A stretch of 61,591 bases of DNA from a bacterium (GTDB taxonomy: Bacteria; CLD3; SB21). The notes beneath the pieces are model-generated. The model ran no database searches, was not told the origin of the DNA, and saw only the letters and a program-made list of their open reading frames with translations. The DNA is taken from contig JAEUSK010000243.1 of NCBI GenBank assembly GCA_016787925.1, forward strand, positions 1 through 61,591, in the 5' to 3' direction. A program made the translations under genes and the position numbers. Positions 6,314 through 15,020 of the stretch are shown one piece after another; the stretch's first letter is position 1, and every line of letters starts with the position of its first letter.

Positions 6314-9202
6314 TTATTTTTTCGAATCTAATCGCGCTTTGATTTCAGCCAATTTTGTTTTAGCCGTTGCATCCTGCGGATTACGCGCGAGCCATGACTC
6401 AAGTATCAGTGCCGTTTCCGCCAGATTGCCGCTTTCCTCCAACGCTTGGATATAATAGCCCAAAGCTTCCGGATTGGCCGGATTGGATTCATAAATGGGC
6501 TTAAGAATCTCCACGGCCGTTGCGGCATCCTTTAAAACAAAGAGATGCAATGCGGCAATACGGATCTTGCCGTTTTGGTCGACACGATATAACTTTTCGT
6601 TTGCCAGTACTTCGGCGATATATTCTTTCAATTTTTCAGGTTTTCCCGCGTCCGCGTAAAACTGTCCTATGGCCAGTTTCAGGCGGTAATCGCGCATAGG
6701 AACGGCCTCCTCTGTGATTATCGACTGCATCGAGTCCAATATGGCGACTATTTTTTGATCGACCGTGAGCGATTCCGGGAATTCCATATCAATTTTATTC
6801 TTCAGATTTTCTGCCGTTCCCATCATCTTCCTCTGACGATAATACTCCACCATGCGCAGAAACAACGTGCGGTAATTTTGCGTCAACCGGCGGATATTAT
6901 CATCATATGATACGTTCGGATTGTTCATGTTTCGGTATTTGTAGGTCTTGAACGTATTTTCATACATATGGTCGATTGACATATCCTGATCGGGTACAGT
7001 AATCAGTTTATAGGCCAGGCCGTCCATCCGCAAGTATCGGCCAAGGCCGACTTTATTGTCATCACTCACGGTAATCGCGTAATAGATCGGGCGGGAGAAT
7101 TTTGATGCAAACAAAATATCCAGAACCATCAGATCCTGAACACGCAGGCCCTGGCCGGAAATAGTCGGATCCACTTTAAACTTCATTTTGGGGATGGTGA
7201 TGGTGTCATGATTCTTCGGCAGCACTTTGCCGGATTCGACCCAGTCTTTCCAATAGATCTCCTTCGGAACATCTATCGTGAATTCGCGTGATTTCCAGCG
7301 CGTCGGCTGGATACTGGAGTTCGGAATTTTCGGATCGCCTAGAATTTGCCGATCGGTATATCCTATTGGGACTTTCATTGCCTTGACGACTGAGCCGTCC
7401 TTCATCCTATACTCCAGCTCTTGGTTTTTCAGCTGGTTTATGTACCATTCCGTATTCAGCAGGCTCAAATTGACGATGCGCACATCCGGCCTGACCTTTT
7501 CTACTTCCTGTAAATACCATAACGGAAAGGTGTCGTTGTCGCCGTTTGTAAAAATGAGCGCATTCGGTTCGCACGTCTCAAGGAGATTATATGAATAGTC
7601 CCATGCAACGTAATTTCCCTGGCGGCTGGTCGTATTTTTGTTATACAAGAACATATTCAATGGCAATAGAATTATAAGGCCGCAGCAAGCTGAATAAACA
7701 GCCGTGGACATGAAACGTTTGTGTTTTAATTTTTCCTCGATCGCTTCCAATATGGAATATACGCCAATGCCGATCCATACGGAGAAAGAGAAGAATGCCC
7801 CTACATAACTGTAGTCTCGTTCGCGCGGCTGCGGATCCGGCTGGTTGAGATAAATAATGATGGCAAAACCGGTCGTAATGAAGAGCCCGAATACCGCTAA
7901 CGCCCTTTTCCAATCCCGGCTGAAGTGGTGTACAGCGCCGATAATGCCGACGATAAAAGGAATTCCATAAAGCCCGCGCAGGCTGAATACGGTAAAGACA
8001 TATCCGTACCGGTCTTCCTGAGTATCTTGTAATTTGTCAACCGACCAACCGATCATATTCCTTACGTGATCGATAAAGGACAATGCCATATCATCGGGGC
8101 GCCCTATGAATTGCCAGTTAAAATAGCGGACAAACATCTTATTGAACTGATAGTCCCAAAACGGAGCTACACGCGGCCAATATGAGAAGTCGCCGTACTG
8201 TTCGCGGTTCATGTAACGGATGAAGGCGGCCCAGTTGCCCGGATCATTCTGGTCAATATTTGGGTTCATGCCGGAACGAATCATGATCATGGCGTACGTT
8301 GAATAGCCTACAAAAATAAGCAGCGAAGCGATAACAACAAGCGCACCGGCATGGTTGTTTTGTTTGATCATGGTGTAGGACAAATAGATGAGGATTGCAA
8401 AAAACAATAGTATAGAAGCGCCGGCAAGTCCGAACTGGTCAAAATAGAGGGGGACCTTAATACTCCAGAAAATGAACACCTTGTAAATAACCGCCATCGC
8501 GATCAGTCCGACGATGACAAATTTAATGAAGCTGGAAACGGTGATCTCGAATTTTTTTGAATAGATGATAAAGAATATGAAGGGAAGCGCAAGTATATTC
8601 AAAAGGTGGACGCCGATGGCGAGACCGACCATGTACGCAATGAGCAGCAGGTATACGTCGCTGTGAATATCATCCGGTTTTTCAAGCCATACCATGATGA
8701 GCCATACTACGATCGCGGTCGAAAAAGTGCTCGCTGCGTATACTTCCGCTTCGACGGCATTAAACCAATGGCTGTAGGTGAATGCAAACGTCAATGCGGC
8801 GATCGCCGCGGATAGCGTAATTTTGAGTGCGCCATACGTATCCGTCGGACGGTTCTTCCATTGTAACAGGAGACGAACGATAGTCAGATACAAAAACAAT
8901 ACTGCAAAGGCGCTGCACAGCACCGATATCATATTGACACGGAATCCCACATCGTAATCCGTGACGGCAATGCCTATCGCATGCCCAATTTCGGAAGTCG
9001 GGAGCATTGAGAAAAGCCGGCCGACAAGCAGAAACAGCGGTGACCCTGGAGGATGAGGTACCGCCAAACTGTAGGCGCATGCTGCAAATTCTCCGCAATC
9101 CCAATAAGATAAAGTAGGTGACACGGTTGCCAAATATCCAAACAAGGATAACACAAATACCATAAGGCCCGTGATGCGATTGACCTTCACATAATTGAAC
9201 AT
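6314..9202 (-). CDS. DUF2723 (TMEM260-like, GT-C fold) glycosyltransferase with C-terminal TPR repeats
   Basis: 962 aa. The N-terminal signature is YWDCGEFAACAYSLAVPHPPGSPLF, followed by more than 10 TM segments and a large periplasmic region. The TPR-like C-terminus reads ALGYYIQALEESGNLAETALILESWLARNP. Confidence 0.85.
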   Translation of the reverse strand: MFNYVKVNRITGLMVFVLSLFGYLATVSPTLSYWDCGEFAACAYSLAVPHPPGSPLFLLVGRLFSMLPTSEIGHAIGIAVTDYDVGFRVNMISVLCSAFAVLFLYLTIVRLLLQWKNRPTDTYGALKITLSAAIAALTFAFTYSHWFNAVEAEVYAASTFSTAIVVWLIMVWLEKPDDIHSDVYLLLIAYMVGLAIGVHLLNILALPFIFFIIYSKKFEITVSSFIKFVIVGLIAMAVIYKVFIFWSIKVPLYFDQFGLAGASILLFFAILIYLSYTMIKQNNHAGALVVIASLLIFVGYSTYAMIMIRSGMNPNIDQNDPGNWAAFIRYMNREQYGDFSYWPRVAPFWDYQFNKMFVRYFNWQFIGRPDDMALSFIDHVRNMIGWSVDKLQDTQEDRYGYVFTVFSLRGLYGIPFIVGIIGAVHHFSRDWKRALAVFGLFITTGFAIIIYLNQPDPQPRERDYSYVGAFFSFSVWIGIGVYSILEAIEEKLKHKRFMSTAVYSACCGLIILLPLNMFLYNKNTTSRQGNYVAWDYSYNLLETCEPNALIFTNGDNDTFPLWYLQEVEKVRPDVRIVNLSLLNTEWYINQLKNQELEYRMKDGSVVKAMKVPIGYTDRQILGDPKIPNSSIQPTRWKSREFTIDVPKEIYWKDWVESGKVLPKNHDTITIPKMKFKVDPTISGQGLRVQDLMVLDILFASKFSRPIYYAITVSDDNKVGLGRYLRMDGLAYKLITVPDQDMSIDHMYENTFKTYKYRNMNNPNVSYDDNIRRLTQNYRTLFLRMVEYYRQRKMMGTAENLKNKIDMEFPESLTVDQKIVAILDSMQSIITEEAVPMRDYRLKLAIGQFYADAGKPEKLKEYIAEVLANEKLYRVDQNGKIRIAALHLFVLKDAATAVEILKPIYESNPANPEALGYYIQALEESGNLAETALILESWLARNPQDATAKTKLAEIKARLDSKK

Positions 9203-9233
9203 AGTCGGTTTGATCTCCTGCTAATTTAGATTA

Positions 9234-10112
9234 TTATATTTTCAACTTGTTTTCTTTATCGAGAAAATAATCCGCGAGCGCCACTTCCCATGGTTTCATG
9301 ATGTCCAGGCCTCGTTCCGTCAGATTGTAATTTCCGAGAACGGAATACGCCGGGCGACGCAACGGACTGCCGAATTCCCTCACACTCGTTTTTTCAAGTT
9401 TGGTTTTTACCTGCGCGATCTCAAATATTTTCTTTGTAAATTCGTACCAGGAACATGCGCCGCCACTGGTGGCGTGGTATAATCCGTAGTAGTCCGTAGG
9501 GATCAATTTCTTGATCTGCTGCGCAAGGTGTACCGTGAAAGTCGGCGTCAAGACTTCATCATCAACAACTTTGATCGTATCTTTTTCTTTGGCCAGATTC
9601 AGCATGGTTTCAACAAAATTAGATTTCTTTCCGACGGCAGGATGAATGCCATAAAGACCTGAGGTACGAACAATAAAATGTTTGCGGCTGTAGGCAGCAA
9701 CATACCGTTCGCCGGTCAGTTTGCTAACTCCATATACGTTCAAGGGCGCCGGCAAATCCGACTCAATATAGGGTTTGTTTTTTTGTCCGTCGAAAACATA
9801 ATCGGTGCTGATATGAATCAGCTTGCATGACGCGCGTTCACAATTTTGAGCTACATACTTTGCGCCAAGGGCGTTTACCTCAAACGCCTTTCTGTCGTTG
9901 GTTTCACATCCCGGCACATCAGTCCAAGCGGCGGTATTGATAACCAGGTCGTGGCGATTGGACTCAAAAAGTTCAGTTACCTGCGCCAAACTTGTAATGT
10001 CGCATTGGTCGATGTCTGTTTTTGTAATGTCAAAGTCGTGTGACAATACACGGATCAGGTCTTGTCCCAGTTGTCCGTTTGCGCCAATTAACAAGATATT
10101 CTGCACAGCCAC
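9234..10112 (-). CDS. rfbD: dTDP-4-dehydrorhamnose reductase family (RfbD-like SDR)
   Basis: 292 aa with a GANGQLG Rossmann motif, STDYVFDG, and a YGxSK catalytic motif (YGVSKLTGE). Confidence 0.85.
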   Translation of the reverse strand: MAVQNILLIGANGQLGQDLIRVLSHDFDITKTDIDQCDITSLAQVTELFESNRHDLVINTAAWTDVPGCETNDRKAFEVNALGAKYVAQNCERASCKLIHISTDYVFDGQKNKPYIESDLPAPLNVYGVSKLTGERYVAAYSRKHFIVRTSGLYGIHPAVGKKSNFVETMLNLAKEKDTIKVVDDEVLTPTFTVHLAQQIKKLIPTDYYGLYHATSGGACSWYEFTKKIFEIAQVKTKLEKTSVREFGSPLRRPAYSVLGNYNLTERGLDIMKPWEVALADYFLDKENKLKI

Positions 10113-10124
10113 CTTTTTAATTTT

Positions 10125-11162
10125 CTAAAAATCCAAGGTATGAAACTCTTTTTTCTTCTTCAAGAAATAATCCAAAACAATGCTCCGGGGATAAATCAGA
10201 TGACGGAACTGCGCATCGGTGACTTTCCGGTTTTTTTGAACCGACTTTCTTTTTTTGAGAAGCATGATAGCATGCGTGTATACCCAAAAATGAGCCTTCA
10301 AAATAGCGGCAATCCGAATCGGTTCAAACTGTACCAACGCATGTATCCCGGCAACTCCGTCCAAAATGAATCGTTGTATCAATGTCAGGAATAAATGCCG
10401 CGCCGGCAGATTCTTTATCAGCAGAATGAGGCTGTTTCGATGATTCCAATACAGCTTTTTGAAATTTGCCGCCGGCAGAGACGCGCTGACATAATGTAAC
10501 ACATTGGACTTCGGGATTACCTTAACTTTATACCCGTGAAGGTGCAGACGCCAGCAAAGATCGATTTCCTCGTAGTGCATAAAAAAAGTTTCGTCAAGCG
10601 TTCCGGCCTCTTCCAACGCAGAACGTCTGAGAAATAATGCCGCGCCGCTGGCCCAGAATATTTCCCGGATATCGTCGTACTGGCCGCGATCCATTTCGAT
10701 CGTATCAAACATACGTCCGCGGAGGAATGCAAATCCCCATTGGTCAATGAATCCGCCCGATGCTCCGGCGTACTCAAAATATCCGCGGTTGATCATAGAC
10801 TGAAGTTTGGGTTGCAGGGCTGCGACCGTCTCGTCGTTTTCAGCTTCATGTACAAGATGGTCGAGCCAGTCAGGAGCTACTTCAACGTCATTGTTCAATA
10901 AGACGATATATTTGCCTCGCGCCGCAGCCATTCCGAGATTATTGCCGCCGGTGTATCCGAGGTTGGTATGAGATCGGATCACTGTAACCTGCGGATAATG
11001 TTGTTCCGTATAAGAAACGGAATCGTCTATCGATGCATTGTCCACCATGATCCATTCGATGGAAGGATATGTCGATTTGAGAAGCGAATCGAAAAGACTT
11101 TGTACAAATTTTCTGCCGTTATAATTGAGAATGACTACGGAAACAAGCGGGGATGGATTCAT
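10125..11162 (-). CDS. Glycosyltransferase family 2
   Basis: VSVVILNYNGRKF, VDNASIDDS and a later DxD region. I use the ATG at 11162 (MNPSPLVSVV...). The track's start at 11270 would overlap the dnaB 3' end by 80 nt. Confidence 0.85.
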   Translation of the reverse strand: MNPSPLVSVVILNYNGRKFVQSLFDSLLKSTYPSIEWIMVDNASIDDSVSYTEQHYPQVTVIRSHTNLGYTGGNNLGMAAARGKYIVLLNNDVEVAPDWLDHLVHEAENDETVAALQPKLQSMINRGYFEYAGASGGFIDQWGFAFLRGRMFDTIEMDRGQYDDIREIFWASGAALFLRRSALEEAGTLDETFFMHYEEIDLCWRLHLHGYKVKVIPKSNVLHYVSASLPAANFKKLYWNHRNSLILLIKNLPARHLFLTLIQRFILDGVAGIHALVQFEPIRIAAILKAHFWVYTHAIMLLKKRKSVQKNRKVTDAQFRHLIYPRSIVLDYFLKKKKEFHTLDF

Positions 11163-11190
11163 GCAGGCGATCGATGTTTTTTCAGGTTGA

Positions 11191-12612
11191 TTAAAATGGC
11201 TGTTCATCGCGCGAGTAAGGCGGAGGAACTTCCTGGCTGCGGGTGGTATCGATTTCGACAAAGCGAGCAAATTTCTTTATAAACCCTAATTTGACATCTC
11301 CGACAGGCCCATTACGCTGTTTACCAATAATGATGTCAGCCGGAACTACATCCGCTTGGCGATTGAAGTCATCCTGATCATAATAGTCCTGCCGGTGGAC
11401 GAACATAACGACGTCGGCGTCCTGCTCGATCGATCCGGAATCACGCAAGTCTGAAAGCATGGGTTTCTTATCGCCGCCACGCTGCTCCACAGCGCGCGAC
11501 AACTGGCTGAGCGCCAGAACAGGGATATCCAATTCTTTTGCGAGGGCTTTGAGCGAACGTGAAATGATCGCAACTTCCTCCTGGCGATTGGCGTTGCTCT
11601 TGGCGTTCGCATTAACCAGCTGCATGTAATCCACGATCAGGATTTCAATTTGTTTTTCAACTTTAAGCCGGCGCGCGCGGGCGCGAAGTTCGAGAATATT
11701 CAAACTCGGCGTGTCATCGAGATAGATCGGCGCTTTCGAGAGACGGCCCACGCTGGTGGATAATTTTGACCAGTCATTGCTGGGGAGCATGCCGGTGCGA
11801 ACTTTATGCGCATCGACCTGCGCTTCAGCGCAAAGCAGACGCATGACCAACTGAAGCGAGGACATTTCCAAACTGAAAAAACCCACAGGTTTATTTGCGT
11901 CGACGGCAACGTTCCGGGCGATGGATAATACGAGCGCTGTTTTTCCCATGCTTGGACGGCCGGCAACGATAATCAAATCGGAGTTTTGAAACCCGCTGGT
12001 CATCTGGTCCAGCGGTTTATACCCTGAAGTAACTCCGGTGACGCCGCCCGGTTGATGATGGAAATGTTCGATCTGTTCGAAAGCCTTATGAAGCACCGGA
12101 TTTAAAGCGATAAATCCTTGCCTGCTCTTGTCTTCTGCGATCTTGAATATCTGCTGTTCTACCGAGTCGATCAGATGATCCACTTCTTCCGTTTCCTGAA
12201 AGGCCTGTGTCACGATTTGTCCGCCGACATGGATCAGTTTACGCAAACGGGCTTTATCAAGCACGATCTTGGCATAATGGGCAATATTGGAAGCGCTGGG
12301 AACTTTCTGACTTAAACCGGAAATAAAATAGCTGCCTCCGACGCGATCGAGTTGATTGGATTTACGTAATTCTTCGGTCAGTGTGATCAGATCGATCGGA
12401 TGGGATTGACCGTAAAGGCTCATCATGGCCTGATACACGATCCGGTGTGCCTCTTTATAAAAACAGGTTTCATCGATTATTTCCATGACTTTCCCGACCG
12501 CATTGTCATCGATCAGCATGGATCCTAAGATCGCTTCCTCCACTTCGAGCGCCTGAGGCGGGATGCGGCCGGAAAATTCGATGATATTTGATTTTTCTTC
12601 GGGTACGGACAT
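11191..12612 (-). CDS. dnaB: Replicative DNA helicase DnaB
   Basis: It has an N-terminal domain (PPQALEVEEAILGSMLID), Walker A (GRPSMGKTA), Walker B (ILIVDYMQL) and an Arg finger region. The ATG at 12612 is preferred. The track's start at 12666 is a TTG that overlaps the upstream gene. Confidence 0.9.
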   Translation of the reverse strand: MSVPEEKSNIIEFSGRIPPQALEVEEAILGSMLIDDNAVGKVMEIIDETCFYKEAHRIVYQAMMSLYGQSHPIDLITLTEELRKSNQLDRVGGSYFISGLSQKVPSASNIAHYAKIVLDKARLRKLIHVGGQIVTQAFQETEEVDHLIDSVEQQIFKIAEDKSRQGFIALNPVLHKAFEQIEHFHHQPGGVTGVTSGYKPLDQMTSGFQNSDLIIVAGRPSMGKTALVLSIARNVAVDANKPVGFFSLEMSSLQLVMRLLCAEAQVDAHKVRTGMLPSNDWSKLSTSVGRLSKAPIYLDDTPSLNILELRARARRLKVEKQIEILIVDYMQLVNANAKSNANRQEEVAIISRSLKALAKELDIPVLALSQLSRAVEQRGGDKKPMLSDLRDSGSIEQDADVVMFVHRQDYYDQDDFNRQADVVPADIIIGKQRNGPVGDVKLGFIKKFARFVEIDTTRSQEVPPPYSRDEQPF

Positions 12613-12643
12613 ATTGGAATTACTGTAATGCGGAAGTGAAGAA

Positions 12644-13432
12644 TTATAATCCGTTTTGGTCTTCAAATTTAGTTAATAATTCATTAACTGTCAAACTTGA
12701 ATAATCCACGGGAATATTGTTCGAGGGCTGCTTCATTGCCTTAATGACCTGTGACAAAAGTTCTATGGTATTGGTGATCTTGCGGCATCCATCGATGCAT
12801 ACGTCAACGAGTTTTTTGACGCCATCCGGATCATGAACGTCGCAAATCTGCGCCCGGCCGGCAATTGGCGCCGTAGCATTGTTAATATGATGCGATATCG
12901 CAATCAGCGTCTGTTCAAGCGTCTTTATGCGTTCGAGTTCCTTTTCTTTCAGAATCAGTTCCCCGCGCAATTTCTTGAGTTTAAGCATGGATGCTATCCG
13001 AACGCGCAATTCAACAAGGTTGTATGGTTTCGTAAGATAATCATCCGCGCCTTTTTCAAGGCCGACGATCTTGTCGCCCGGGTCATTCTTGGCTGTGACA
13101 AGGACAATCGGCGTCATTTTGAGTAACGGCTCGCTGCGAACCATTTCACAAAATTTAAACCCGTCTATCTTCGGCATCATTACATCGCTCAAAACAAGGT
13201 CGTGATGTGATTTTTTCAACTTGTCGAACCCCTCCTGGCCGTCGCCGGCAATGTCGATGTCGTAACCTTCTTTCGAGAAGAACATTTTCAGAATAGCGAC
13301 GGTATCCTGATCGTCTTCGATGATCAGAATTTTCGTTGGAGCATGGTGGCCGGACTTTTTGGACTTGGCGTATTCCTTACCACCATGAACAGCTTTTGTT
13401 TTTTTTGATGTAGTTTTTGATTTACTTGGCAT
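12644..13432 (-). CDS. Response-regulator receiver fused to a histidine-kinase DHp/H-box region, with no ATPase domain
   Basis: The REC domain is canonical (IIEDD, LVLSDVMMP, LVTAK, LTKP). A coiled-coil linker leads to an H-box-like ISHHINNATAPIAG. The ORF ends about 80 aa after the His, with no N/G1/G2 boxes. Confidence 0.85.
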   Translation of the reverse strand: MPSKSKTTSKKTKAVHGGKEYAKSKKSGHHAPTKILIIEDDQDTVAILKMFFSKEGYDIDIAGDGQEGFDKLKKSHHDLVLSDVMMPKIDGFKFCEMVRSEPLLKMTPIVLVTAKNDPGDKIVGLEKGADDYLTKPYNLVELRVRIASMLKLKKLRGELILKEKELERIKTLEQTLIAISHHINNATAPIAGRAQICDVHDPDGVKKLVDVCIDGCRKITNTIELLSQVIKAMKQPSNNIPVDYSSLTVNELLTKFEDQNGL

Positions 13433-13639
13433 GAATTGTAAATTTACAGAGAGGAATACGGTTGATTCTAAGATTGACTTTTAGTGATAAAAACTATACT
13501 TTGAACAGAATTTTTTTTCATATCATGACGGAAAGCGTCAGCCGACGGAGGATTTTTAGGTAGGCGATAATATACATTTTCCAAGCCATTATCAAGTTTT
13601 TTTTGGACGTTCCGCTGTATTCATCATCAGAAAGAGCCA

Positions 13640-15004
13640 ATGAAGTTTGACAAAACACTGATTACGCTCGTTATTTTTGTTCTATTATCATCCTGCAATA
13701 TTAAGATGCCTGTTGTCGGGAAACTCCCTCCCCGCGAAACACTCATCAAGTATTGCTGGCAAACGTTTGAATTCGGACTGAAAGATAAGAATGAATTTGT
13801 CCGAACGAATACCATACGTACTTTGGGGCGCATTGGCAACCGGACGGCGATCGATGCGCTGGGTTCATTCGATTATGGCTGGAAACCGGTTGCCGTCAAG
13901 ACATGCGCTCTTACTTTAGCGCAGATCCACGACAGCGCAGCTTTCTACAGCCTGCGTCATTTTGCCGATTCAAAGGATTTTATGATAAGGGAATACGTCG
14001 TTGTCGGAATTGCGCGGATGTCCGATCTATTTCCCGATACGATGGTTGTCCGCTACCTGAAAAAAATGATGTACAGTGTGGACAGTATTGCCGTTGATAC
14101 GCTGCTGTACGATTCGACTGAAATTGCGCAGGATAAATCCGAACTTCGGGCTAAGATCGGCATGGCGCTGCTTAAAGTCGGTGACAGGTCCGGCGAAGCG
14201 TATACGAAGTCTCTGGCAAGAAACCGTTCCCTTCAGTTCCGGATTTCAATTGCGAAAGTTATTGGTGAAATTAATCCGCCCAACTCATTAGATTTGCTGT
14301 TGCCATTTTTGAAAGATTCATCCTCCTATGTACGCTCCAAAGCTTTGGAATCGTTGATTAAGATTAAGCCAAACGACATTGAATCCCGGCTGCGGCATAT
14401 TTTAGCGAGTGACAAGGCTGAGGATATGCAAGTCCATGCAGCGATCGGATTGATGAAATACGATGAATGGACATCCGTGAACCTGTTACTGAAGTTGCTG
14501 GACAGCGGAGACGAGGATGTGTTGAGCCGGATCATTCTCGCTCTGGGGGAAGTTAAGTCTAAGCCGGCACGGGACAAGGTTATCCCGCTCTTAAGGAGTC
14601 TGACCACGCAGCCTTCGGACTGGGTAAGAATATCCTCTGTGGCGTCGCTTGGGAACTTAAAGGATTATGAATCGATAGACATTATTGAATCAGCATTGCA
14701 TGATCCGTCGCAGGAAGTGCGGGAAATTTCGGTTGGCGTTTTGTCGAGGCTGAAAGGAAAGTTAATGCTGGAAGATCTTAAGCAACTCGTCACAGACGAT
14801 ACTTATTCGATGCGTTCGGTTGCAATATCCGGCCTGGGCAGCATCGATGACGAAGCCCTGCAGAATGAAGTGATCCTGCCTTTGCTGCTTGATCGGCTCA
14901 AGAATGATGCCGAGCTCATAGTAAGGGTGCGTGCCGCATTTACGATTCTAGACGTTTTGTCCGGCGGAAAATACACTAAACAAAACGATACAATAACAGA
15001 TTAA
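13640..15004 (+). CDS. HEAT-repeat lipoprotein
   Basis: 454 aa with a signal peptide and lipobox (LLSSC). It contains repeated ~30-aa HEAT/PBS-lyase-like units (VRTNTIRTLGRIG, VRSKALESLIKI, VRISSVASLGNL, VREISVGVLSRL, MRSVAISGLGSI). Confidence 0.8.
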   Translation: MKFDKTLITLVIFVLLSSCNIKMPVVGKLPPRETLIKYCWQTFEFGLKDKNEFVRTNTIRTLGRIGNRTAIDALGSFDYGWKPVAVKTCALTLAQIHDSAAFYSLRHFADSKDFMIREYVVVGIARMSDLFPDTMVVRYLKKMMYSVDSIAVDTLLYDSTEIAQDKSELRAKIGMALLKVGDRSGEAYTKSLARNRSLQFRISIAKVIGEINPPNSLDLLLPFLKDSSSYVRSKALESLIKIKPNDIESRLRHILASDKAEDMQVHAAIGLMKYDEWTSVNLLLKLLDSGDEDVLSRIILALGEVKSKPARDKVIPLLRSLTTQPSDWVRISSVASLGNLKDYESIDIIESALHDPSQEVREISVGVLSRLKGKLMLEDLKQLVTDDTYSMRSVAISGLGSIDDEALQNEVILPLLLDRLKNDAELIVRVRAAFTILDVLSGGKYTKQNDTITD

Positions 15005-15020
15005 TATTTAGGAGTACGGT

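Noticed and set aside
6314-9202. Multiple antisense or out-of-frame ORFs inside the DUF2723 gene (7278-7598, 7641-7913, 8606-8815, 8760-9104, 8974-9156). Similar shadow ORFs occur inside most long genes throughout the track.
   Set aside because: They are fully embedded in long ORFs that have strong family signatures. They lack RBSs and have biased, low-complexity translations. These are typical shadow ORFs.
9234-10112. rfbD considered as evidence for a complete dTDP-rhamnose pathway in this locus.
   Set aside because: rfbA, rfbB and rfbC are not in the window. The gene may act on another nucleotide-sugar, so only the family-level call is retained.
10125-11270. The long form of the GT2 ORF, and likewise the long forms of ORFs 32390-35713, 36798-37337, 38606-40471, 40434-42059, 57861-59078 and 23841-24464.
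   Set aside because: Each 5' extension overlaps the upstream gene and precedes an internal ATG. That ATG yields a proper signal peptide or the canonical family N-terminus. I adopted the shorter starts listed in the features.
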